In this document: in pieces, positions 31,972 to 40,499 of the stretch
Layout of the letters: every line of letters starts with the position of its first letter
Position numbering within the stretch: position 1 is the first letter of the stretch
Source of the DNA: a bacterium
GTDB lineage: Bacteria; Electryoneota; Electryoneia; Electryoneales; Electryoneaceae
Length of the DNA stretch: 64,000 bases
Assembly (NCBI GenBank): GCA_963675295.2
Contig: CAXXKJ010000002.1
Coordinates: 1,440,001 to 1,504,000, forward strand
Direction: 5' to 3'
Program-made: the position numbers and the translations under genes
Notes under the pieces: model-generated
Seen by the model: the letters and a program-made list of their open reading frames with translations, nothing else
The model's database searches: none
Told to the model about the DNA's origin: nothing

Positions 31972-33378
31972 ATGAAAACTCTGGCGATCGTGCTTCTGGT
32001 GCTATACCAGACATCTCTAGTGATAGCACAGGAGTGGACCGAACACATCATAGATAACAGCTTCGATGGTGCATTTGACGTGTGTGCCACCGACATCGAT
32101 GGTGATGGCGACATAGATGTGGTTGGTGCTGCCAACACAGGTAACGCCGTTGCTTGGTGGGAGAACACTGATGGTATGGGTACAACATGGACCGAACACA
32201 CCCTTTACAGTCATTTTGATGGTGCTAAATCCGTATATGCAATAGATTTGGACGGCGACGGCGACATTGATGTCCTAGGAGCGGTGCAATCTGCTGACAA
32301 AATAATATGGGGGGAAAACCTCGATGGGATGGGTACTCTCTGGGCAGCTCACACCGTCGACGACGACTTCAACGGAGCTAATTTCGTGCACGCAACGGAC
32401 ATGGACGGTGATGGCGATATTGACGTGTTAGGTGCAAGTCTTTTTGATACCATCATGTGGTGGGAGAATACCGATGGTGCTGGTGCGACATGGACTGAGC
32501 ACACCATAGACGGGGACTATGATATGGATTCCGTTTGCGCAGCGGACCTGGATGGCGACGGTGACATTGATGTGCTTGGGAGTGGACATTTTATGGATTA
32601 CACCTCGTGGTGGGAAAATCTGAATGGTTCAGGTACCCAATGGTTTGAGCACACCTCGACTATCATCTCTGGATTGATATCCGCATATGCAACGGATGTC
32701 AATGGAGACGGTGACATTGATTTAGTTGGGTCGGCAATACTGGAAGGCAGCATCAATTGGTGGGAAAACCGCTTCGGCCATGGAACAAACTGGATCGAAC
32801 ACATTGTAGACAACATTCAAGCATACAAGGTGTCCGCAGCAGACTTGGACGGCGACAATGACATAGACGTGCTGAGTACTTGGGATGCATATCCATGCTA
32901 TGTCTCGTGGTGGGAAAACGCTGACGGAGGGGGTATGGACTGGTTTGAGCACTTTGTCGGTGAAAACTTAGGGCACACACGTTCACTGCAGGCCACCGAC
33001 TTGGACGGTGATGGTAGTACCGACGTGCTCTGTGCGTCGCTTCTCCAAATCGTTTGGTGGGAAAATCCTCTAATTACCAGCGTCAGAGATCAAACACAAA
33101 GCAATCGCCCAACAGAATTCAAGCTCATTCTGGCATACCCAAACCCGTTCAACCCCACAACCAACTTTGCGGTTGAATTGCCGAAACCGTCCGATTTGAC
33201 TGTTACCGTCTACAACGTGACCGGTCAACAAGTGGCAGAACTGGCGAATGGCAGCTACACCGCCGGAACGCACCGCTTCACCTTTGACGCCACCAACCTA
33301 TCTAGCGGAATTTACTTCCTGCGAGCAACAGTACCTGGACAGCTGGATCAGACACAAAAGCTGGTGCTGATGAAGTAG
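31972..33378 (+). CDS. Secreted FG-GAP-repeat protein with T9SS sorting domain
   Basis: Same repeat architecture; last 96 bp are 95/96 identical to those of 30501-31940. Confidence 0.88.
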   Translation: MKTLAIVLLVLYQTSLVIAQEWTEHIIDNSFDGAFDVCATDIDGDGDIDVVGAANTGNAVAWWENTDGMGTTWTEHTLYSHFDGAKSVYAIDLDGDGDIDVLGAVQSADKIIWGENLDGMGTLWAAHTVDDDFNGANFVHATDMDGDGDIDVLGASLFDTIMWWENTDGAGATWTEHTIDGDYDMDSVCAADLDGDGDIDVLGSGHFMDYTSWWENLNGSGTQWFEHTSTIISGLISAYATDVNGDGDIDLVGSAILEGSINWWENRFGHGTNWIEHIVDNIQAYKVSAADLDGDNDIDVLSTWDAYPCYVSWWENADGGGMDWFEHFVGENLGHTRSLQATDLDGDGSTDVLCASLLQIVWWENPLITSVRDQTQSNRPTEFKLILAYPNPFNPTTNFAVELPKPSDLTVTVYNVTGQQVAELANGSYTAGTHRFTFDATNLSSGIYFLRATVPGQLDQTQKLVLMK

Positions 33379-33500
33379 ATGTCGTACAGGGTGGTTTCAC
33401 TAATACCAGCTAAAACTGTTACATGTGCTTACGCAAGTAGCCTCGCTGGTTATCGCTAGTTTTCGCTGGCGTGACAGTAAACAATAAATCAGGAGATCTA

Positions 33501-33779
33501 ATGAATCTACATCAATCACGAAGTACTGCCAGTACGCCCCCAGATTGGGGCGACGAAAAACAACAACAAAAAGAACGAGCCAGACTAGCTCGAGCTCTTG
33601 GGTTACAGCATTCGAAAATCAAGCAAGAGCAAGAACAACCACGAATCGAAACAAACAATCCCGATGATCCACCAACATCTGGATTACCATTATCGCCTGA
33701 TTCGGCGGTGCATCAGGCAAGGCAGATCGATAGCATGTTCGAAGAGTGGTGGCAGAATCGACGGAAAGTAGGCAGCTAG
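33501..33779 (+). CDS. Small 'EWW' protein, copy B
   Basis: AGGAG RBS; LARALGLQHS...DSAVHQARQIDSMFEEWWQNRR. Confidence 0.7.
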   Translation: MNLHQSRSTASTPPDWGDEKQQQKERARLARALGLQHSKIKQEQEQPRIETNNPDDPPTSGLPLSPDSAVHQARQIDSMFEEWWQNRRKVGS

Positions 33780-33957
33780 AAAACAAGTCGAAGATCCAAT
33801 AATAAGGCCAGTAGTAGCTCAGCTCCAGATCAAGAAAGCGGCTTTGAAATTAATCTGTGGAACCTTTATATTCATCACTCTTGAACCATCCATGGCCCTG
33901 GTTCACCGATAAATCCGCGAATCTACTGTAACCTTGGTTGAGTCTTTCGAGGCAGAT

Positions 33958-35409
33958 ATGATTACCCAGATTAGACTTGAGAATTTCAAGTGTTTTCGTG
34001 ACCTGGTTACGGTAGACTTGAAGCCGATAACAGTATTCGTAGGTCCTAACTCTGGCGGCAAAAGTACACTTACTCAGCCCCTCTTGCTTCTTAAACAGAC
34101 CGTTTTGGCAAACGAGGCTAGCCAAAAGCTATTCACATACGGTCCTATAATAGATATGGGTGATGCAAAATCGATTTTTAACATTAGCAGACCAAATGAC
34201 CCTCTAGGAATTGGTATAAGCCTTACTGAGACAAGTATCCATCCAGAAGGTGATTACTTACCAGTTAATGGATCAACAACTATAAATGATCGCAAATATA
34301 ATTTCAATCCAGTTACGGATATAAATATTTCAATATATCCAAATGATGTTTTAAATATCAGAAATTTAGAAATTAATAAATATACCTTTATTAACAATAA
34401 CATCAACAATCTTCACTATGTTATTAGCACCGAACAAGATCATTTAGCGTATAGAAATAATAATGATATTCTACTAAATAACATAATAATTAATGGTAGT
34501 TTTGGAAATTATGATGTTGGTTTATTGAATCCCATGTCAGAGCATGTTGATGACGAAGGAAATCTTACATTAAAAATGGAAGAATTAGATAACGCTGATG
34601 AACTTAGAAAGATCAAAAGAATGATTAGTGGTTGGATTGGTAATATTAATTATTTTACAAAAAATATATATTTCATTCCAGCTATAAGACATATACCAAA
34701 ATTTTACAATGAATATCAAGGCATAGACCTTAATGATAATAGTAACTCATATTTGAACAGGATTGTCAAAGGTTATACTAAGGAACGCCCAACTGAAAGA
34801 AAGGCATATGTTGATAATATTATTGAGGATAGGTGGTTCAATGAGCTGTGCATAGGCAAAAAACTGATATCGCGTGCTTATAAACATGGCATGGAACTTT
34901 TAGTGGAAAGCAATGATGGTAGTTTAATAAATGTAGCTGCAATGGGTATAGGTATATCGCAATTAATGCCAATAATATTGCTATCAAAAATTGGTGAGAT
35001 CGATTCAATTATAATTCAAGAACCAGAATCACATTTGCACCCAAGTATTCAGAGGAAATTGTCAGAGATGCTATCCTTAAATGTTGGTAATAGATATGAC
35101 GAAATTGATCATATTTGTACTAGAAATGAAAAAGGTAAATTAAGTAAGATAATACAGATGTCGCTTGGGTCTCAATATATAATAGAAACACATAGTGAAC
35201 ACATTGTAAGAGGATTCCAGATAGCAGTGGCGAAGGGATTAATAAGAAATACAGATGTGGGAATTTACTATGTTGATGCATCCCAAACTGAACCCATAAT
35301 ACCGATGAACCTAGATGAAAAAGGAATTCTAGTAAATGATTGGCCAAACGATTTTTACGGTTTTTCATTTGCAATGGCAATGGAATTAAAACGATATACT
35401 GAGAATTGA
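33958..35409 (+). CDS. ABC/AAA_15-AAA_21-type ATPase with C-terminal DUF3696-like domain (copy 1)
   Basis: LENFKCF, Walker A GPNSGGKST, signature MGIGISQ, IIIQEPESHLHP, IIETHSEH, C-terminal LDEKG...WP.DFY. Confidence 0.85.
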   Translation: MITQIRLENFKCFRDLVTVDLKPITVFVGPNSGGKSTLTQPLLLLKQTVLANEASQKLFTYGPIIDMGDAKSIFNISRPNDPLGIGISLTETSIHPEGDYLPVNGSTTINDRKYNFNPVTDINISIYPNDVLNIRNLEINKYTFINNNINNLHYVISTEQDHLAYRNNNDILLNNIIINGSFGNYDVGLLNPMSEHVDDEGNLTLKMEELDNADELRKIKRMISGWIGNINYFTKNIYFIPAIRHIPKFYNEYQGIDLNDNSNSYLNRIVKGYTKERPTERKAYVDNIIEDRWFNELCIGKKLISRAYKHGMELLVESNDGSLINVAAMGIGISQLMPIILLSKIGEIDSIIIQEPESHLHPSIQRKLSEMLSLNVGNRYDEIDHICTRNEKGKLSKIIQMSLGSQYIIETHSEHIVRGFQIAVAKGLIRNTDVGIYYVDASQTEPIIPMNLDEKGILVNDWPNDFYGFSFAMAMELKRYTEN

Positions 35410-35418
35410 GGCGCTGGC

Positions 35419-36231
35419 ATGGATCATCACATTACAATATCACCAAAAGCATTTTTGCACGATTTTGATTTCAAGCAATTTCACGCAGCAATGCTTAGGA
35501 GAGATCATAAACTTGCCCTAGATGATAATGATGAGATGATCAAATATTATGATAATGTACTAAATAAAGAAATAAGAATGGCAATAATAGCGAAAATGGT
35601 ATCTATAGGTCGGCTAATACAAGAATATAATTTTAATAAAAGCATTAATAGCGAAGAAGATCTGATTATATTTTGTAAGTCTACTCAAGATAAGTTTTGT
35701 GTTTCTTCAGTAAGTGAAAGAAGCGTATATAATTTATTAATATCCGATATCATAGATGAAAACGGCTTGTTATATGAAACAAAATGTAGAACACGTCATT
35801 ACAAAAAGAATGATAGTGCTGATAACTTACTGAAAACAATGCAACACTTAATAGAAAGAAAAAAACATGGCATAGTGCAATATAAAGACAGATATATGGA
35901 AAAATGTATTCCATTTATTGAAATGATACGAGAATCAGCGAAGAAATCAAGCAGCATATTAGAACTGTATCCTGGAAAATCATATTATGAACTACAAAAG
36001 CGTTATAGCGATGATAAAGTAATTAAATTATTGAATAAGGATTCACATGATAGAATGCTGTTGGGCAGCGATTTTGAATTCTTACTTGGTAATGGTATGG
36101 ATACAGTGAGATTTAATGTCCGGAACGGTAAATTAGAAAAAGGCTGCATCTTTCGAGCTGAAAACTCAATATCGCTAAACAGAAAATCAAAGGAGCGCCC
36201 TGCAAAGGTAACTGAAGCTTGGACCTTGTAG
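35419..36231 (+). CDS. ATPase partner with C-terminal HDR (MIT_C/PLD-like) motif (copy 1)
   Basis: 9 nt after the ATPase stop; HKLALD N-terminus; YKDRY and SHDRMLLGSDFEFLLGNGMD; homologous to 58878-59732. Confidence 0.6.
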   Translation: MDHHITISPKAFLHDFDFKQFHAAMLRRDHKLALDDNDEMIKYYDNVLNKEIRMAIIAKMVSIGRLIQEYNFNKSINSEEDLIIFCKSTQDKFCVSSVSERSVYNLLISDIIDENGLLYETKCRTRHYKKNDSADNLLKTMQHLIERKKHGIVQYKDRYMEKCIPFIEMIRESAKKSSSILELYPGKSYYELQKRYSDDKVIKLLNKDSHDRMLLGSDFEFLLGNGMDTVRFNVRNGKLEKGCIFRAENSISLNRKSKERPAKVTEAWTL

Positions 36232-36237
36232 CATGAG

Positions 36238-38184
36238 GTGGCTGACATGGCAAGAGTGTTCCCAAGTTGGCTTACGATCCATGATGCCTCCAAGTTTACC
36301 CCAGCACTGACCCCTGGCGAGGAATATCTGGTTGAACAGCTTGAGTCCCTCCTGGATGACAAATGGTCTGTTTATGTCCAGCCCCATTTGAATGGCGATC
36401 GACCTGATGTTGTTGCAATGAATCCAAACGTAGGTGTTACTTTTTTTGAAGTTAAGGACTGGAATTTGGATCTGTATAATGTTGATTCTTTTGACAATTG
36501 GCATGTTGTGACCAGACATGGAAGACAGACCTGGGTAGCATCTCCATTCAAGCAGGTCACCCGTTACCGTACGAATGCAATAAACCTACTTGTACCTCAA
36601 ATTGGACGTGCTGTTGATGAGGAACCCCAAAGACTACAAGCCTTAAAGACAGCCGTCTATTTCCACAATTCATCGGGCGAAATTGCCCGTAGCTTCAAGA
36701 CACCATCATCAAAGTATATATATGTGTTCGGATATGACGATTTTCCAAATGGTCTGCAAAAAATTATTCCAGACTTCGGGTACTCGAGCTCAAAATACAT
36801 GAAACCGAATTGGGCCAAGGAGCTAGCTCCTTGGCTACTTCCGCCCAGGCATGAAGCAACGCACGGGCGACTCCCATTGAGTCGTGAACAACGTCAACAC
36901 GCAACGCCATCGCAGGGCTTTCATCGGTTAAGAGGGGTTGCAGGATCTGGTAAAAGCTTGGTTGTAGCACATAGAGCGGCTGCCAATGCGCAAGCCGGTA
37001 AGCGAGTTTTGGTTTTGTGTTTCAATATCACGCTTGTGAATTACCTTTTGGATCTAGTAAAACGCGCACCTTACAACTTTGACCCATCATATATATCGAT
37101 TAGATATTTTCATGATGCATGTATCTGGATTAATGATAAGTTAGGAAGTTATCTTTCGGCTAAGAAGGGTGATGAAGAGGTATATTTTGAAAAAACAGTT
37201 CCGAATAAGACAATTAACGCCTTAGAAAGTTACATGACACTGAATGGTAGATTGCCATACGAGTTACGCTTCGACAGTGTACTGATAGATGAAGGCCAAG
37301 ATTTTACAAGGTCTTACTATGAGGTGGCAAGGATCTTGGCATCCGCATCCGGGAGAGAATTTGAATTGTTCATGACTGCTGACTACGCCCAGAACATTTA
37401 CAACCGTGAGTATAGCTGGTTGGAGGATATGAGGGGAACCGGTTTCCGTGGTGCCTGGGGAAAGCTTGCAAAAACATATAGAATGCGTCAAAGATTCGCA
37501 TCTGCTGCATGGCGTTTTGCTCAGGCTTGTGGGTTGGACACAGATTTACCAGAATTTGATGTAAACCAAGTTGGCCTGCTTGAAACCCTCGTATACTACC
37601 GTACGAAAGATATAGAGTCAGCCTGCAGAATCGCACTTGGGTGCTATGAATACCTTAGATCGGTTAGAGGTGTGCATCCACAGGATACAGCACTCTTGGT
37701 GCCCGACCATTCAACTGGTGTTAGTATGGCGACATGGTTAAATAATCAGGGAAATAGGGTTAATCATGTTTTTAGTACAGCTATAGACGAGAGACAAAGA
37801 CATAAAAAAGGTTTTTGGATGGGGCAAGGTGGAATAAAAATGTCCACAATACATAGTTTTAAAGGATGGGAGATTAATAGTTTGATATTAATAGCTAATA
37901 AAGAAACTTTAGCTAACATTAATACATCTATGATAATATATGTAGCTTTAACACGTGCGATCGAAAACATATATATTATATCTACTTATGATATAATCAA
38001 TATAGAAACCACAGAGCCTGATAATATCCCACTAGAAATATTAGAATATGCAGGAAAGACATCTTTTACGATCAACTGGAGAAATACTGTTCGTTCAAGT
38101 GACGAAGGATTGGATTACTATGACCGTATTGATCCTCCAGAAACTCATGGAGATGCTTGGTCATTCGGAATTGACGACGATTAG
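36238..38184 (+). CDS. NERD-domain nuclease fused to a UvrD/SF1-like helicase
   Basis: TPGE, QPHLNGDRPD...FFEVKDW (NERD); GVAGSGKS, LIDEGQDF, D.AQNIY, TIHSFKGWE, YVALTRA. Confidence 0.88.
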   Translation: MADMARVFPSWLTIHDASKFTPALTPGEEYLVEQLESLLDDKWSVYVQPHLNGDRPDVVAMNPNVGVTFFEVKDWNLDLYNVDSFDNWHVVTRHGRQTWVASPFKQVTRYRTNAINLLVPQIGRAVDEEPQRLQALKTAVYFHNSSGEIARSFKTPSSKYIYVFGYDDFPNGLQKIIPDFGYSSSKYMKPNWAKELAPWLLPPRHEATHGRLPLSREQRQHATPSQGFHRLRGVAGSGKSLVVAHRAAANAQAGKRVLVLCFNITLVNYLLDLVKRAPYNFDPSYISIRYFHDACIWINDKLGSYLSAKKGDEEVYFEKTVPNKTINALESYMTLNGRLPYELRFDSVLIDEGQDFTRSYYEVARILASASGREFELFMTADYAQNIYNREYSWLEDMRGTGFRGAWGKLAKTYRMRQRFASAAWRFAQACGLDTDLPEFDVNQVGLLETLVYYRTKDIESACRIALGCYEYLRSVRGVHPQDTALLVPDHSTGVSMATWLNNQGNRVNHVFSTAIDERQRHKKGFWMGQGGIKMSTIHSFKGWEINSLILIANKETLANINTSMIIYVALTRAIENIYIISTYDIINIETTEPDNIPLEILEYAGKTSFTINWRNTVRSSDEGLDYYDRIDPPETHGDAWSFGIDDD

Positions 38185-38356
38185 CAACACGCTGCATCTT
38201 AATCTCGGCCAGTCTACTTCTTAGTCATCCGCCCAAATCCCTGAAATAGCGTTCTGTCATTCGCCATGTTTACGGGCACAGAAAGATTCATGCTACGACG
38301 AATTCAGTGACAAGTAATTCCAACCAGGAGTATCGATTCCACAACACCCATCCCAT

Positions 38357-38947
38357 CTACTTCTTCTTCCGGCGGAGCTGTGCCGCTCGTTCGATAATAC
38401 GCTTACGATATTCAGCTTTCGACTGCACGTCTTTAATGGCGTCGATACCGATTGCCTTCGGTCCGAGTCCCAGCGCTTCTGACATCTGACTGCTGATGGC
38501 CGCAGAGCTTTGGTAAAGGAAGATGCAGATACCGCGAATTGCCAGTTGGCGTTGGGTGTGGGTTTTTTGGCGATCATCGTCGAACATGTCACCCAACGTT
38601 TCAAATGCTATCTTGTGCGCCAGATAGTTCCGGATTTCAATGGAATCTTCAAGACGCTGAAAGTACGTTGGTGGGTAAGCTGCGCCTAACTGGTCCAGTT
38701 TGTTGATCTGCTCCAACAGCTTGCGGACGTTCTGACCGTACGTGTCCTTCTTGCGTTGCGCATACAGCTGAAGCACCTGTTCTTCTGTGACCACATCCTG
38801 GTCATCCAGAAGGTCATTGATTTCAATACCGACCAACACATCGTTCACCATGTCTTCGATCAGCTGGAAGAAATAGCTGTTGTACCCGAAGTTGTAGAAG
38901 AAGATCTCTTCGTCAGGTGTCGGTTGACGGCTATCGTCATTGCTCAT
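38357..38947 (-). CDS. Hypothetical protein
   Basis: 196-aa ORF downstream of the SEC-C gene; contains RNYLAH, an R-x4-H HEPN-like motif. Confidence 0.6.
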   Translation of the reverse strand: MSNDDSRQPTPDEEIFFYNFGYNSYFFQLIEDMVNDVLVGIEINDLLDDQDVVTEEQVLQLYAQRKKDTYGQNVRKLLEQINKLDQLGAAYPPTYFQRLEDSIEIRNYLAHKIAFETLGDMFDDDRQKTHTQRQLAIRGICIFLYQSSAAISSQMSEALGLGPKAIGIDAIKDVQSKAEYRKRIIERAAQLRRKKK

Positions 38948-38994
38948 CTAATGCCCATGTATTGAAACGGTGTGTTGTGGCCACTTAAGTCAGG

Positions 38995-40491
38995 TTACAT
39001 GTGGCGATCTTCAAGCTTCATGAAGAATCCAGCTGGTTTACGGTCAATAAATGTGCGACGCTTCTGGGTGGACTGAACCAGCTGGCCTACCGCAACAGCT
39101 GCTGCAACGCCCCCGCCATGAATGCTTGCTGATGGAAGCATTCCTGCTGATCCTGCCACCACCGCGCCGGCCATAGCTACGCCGCCCATTAGGGTGGGAA
39201 TTAGCTTCTGATCGATTTCTTTCCATTCTATCCGTGCTTGGGCTACCTCGTGCTTTAGCTCGTCAGCCAAGTGTGAAGTGTTAATATCGCTGTATTTGTC
39301 ATCCACAGAAGCACTGTTCCACATCTTTCTGAGGAAGCTTCTCATGCTGCTAAGTCGATCACGCTTCCGTAGTTCAAGCGCGTCTGATATTTCGATGTTG
39401 TTGAGATAGAAGAACTCTTGTTCCTGAAATGCCTTAGCAAATGGTGACCAGAATTTAATTTTATCGTGATCTAACTCATGATCTGTCTGTAGTTCTTTCC
39501 AGCGATAAGGGACGTCAGTTGCTATGTACGACCCCGTAATAGCACAGGTCTCCTTTGCTTCATCATAACCAGCACCTGTAGTTGCAAACCGCAGGTCACC
39601 AGAAGTTTCACGAGGATCAAAGTAGAAGGGATTCTGTTTCTTCATGTTCTCCCAATAATCCAGAAGTTGTTCCTTACTAACTCCTGGTGGCAAGTCGGTC
39701 ATTTCTTCAACCGCTTGCAGCACTTCCTTTTCCATCGTCGCCCACTCCATCGCTCGCATGTATGGGTCTTCCATCATGCGTTCCGTAGCAGCCGCTATCT
39801 CCCTTTCAGCTGCGGCCACCAGATCGGGATTGCTTCTACTTCGCTGATCAGAACGGCGGAAACATTCATGTCGTAATCCTGGTACAAAATCCCCGGGAGT
39901 TCGGATAATATCCAATAGACCCGCTTCAATCCACGGAAGGAAATGGCTATAAATCATGAAGGCGCGTAATGTACTTGCCAGATGCATCTCGGGATGTTCA
40001 AGTGGGCTGAATTTTTTATTGATCCATAACGGGTGCACGAAGGGATCGATGAGTAGAATTTTGTCGCTATAGCAACAATGGCGTACTACACCTCGGGACA
40101 GGAGCTTTGGGATATCATAGTAACCCACATATAGGCCCGTCGTCGTTCGCTGATACGGTTCAAGCAACTTTTGATGATCTGTATCAAGTGGCCACAGTTC
40201 CGCGATGAACTGGTGAATGTCATGTACCACTTGTGGCGTGAATAGCTTTTTGATTTCTCCTGGATTTTCAAGATCCCTGGGGTCAGATAACAACTGCCGC
40301 CCCAGTACTTCTTCCATTTTCCAAGCAAGTAAGAGATTTCGACCCCTGACTGTAACAAATGGAATCCGATCCTTAACTGGTTTCTGGTTCAAATCATTCC
40401 AGTCCACGTGCCCTTGGCAACATTGTTTATACTTCTTGCCGGACATGCAGGGGCATGGGTCGTTGCGATTGATTTTGTTTTTGCTAGCCAT
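38995..40491 (-). CDS. SEC-C motif protein
   Basis: N-terminal RNDPCPCMSGKKYKQCC; C-terminal Gly/Ala-rich hydrophobic segment; 8 nt from the MTase stop. Confidence 0.8.
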   Translation of the reverse strand: MASKNKINRNDPCPCMSGKKYKQCCQGHVDWNDLNQKPVKDRIPFVTVRGRNLLLAWKMEEVLGRQLLSDPRDLENPGEIKKLFTPQVVHDIHQFIAELWPLDTDHQKLLEPYQRTTTGLYVGYYDIPKLLSRGVVRHCCYSDKILLIDPFVHPLWINKKFSPLEHPEMHLASTLRAFMIYSHFLPWIEAGLLDIIRTPGDFVPGLRHECFRRSDQRSRSNPDLVAAAEREIAAATERMMEDPYMRAMEWATMEKEVLQAVEEMTDLPPGVSKEQLLDYWENMKKQNPFYFDPRETSGDLRFATTGAGYDEAKETCAITGSYIATDVPYRWKELQTDHELDHDKIKFWSPFAKAFQEQEFFYLNNIEISDALELRKRDRLSSMRSFLRKMWNSASVDDKYSDINTSHLADELKHEVAQARIEWKEIDQKLIPTLMGGVAMAGAVVAGSAGMLPSASIHGGGVAAAVAVGQLVQSTQKRRTFIDRKPAGFFMKLEDRHM

Positions 40492-40499
40492 ACCATACC

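Noticed and set aside
27845-33378. Integron cassette array
   Set aside because: The junctions are ~30-nt direct repeats without attC palindromes (RYYYAAC...GTTRRRY), and the integrase looks phage-type rather than IntI.
31845-33378. DGR template/variable repeat pair (also the 86-bp ATPase repeat)
   Set aside because: Both copies are coding, there is at most one mismatch, and there is no reverse transcriptase in the window.
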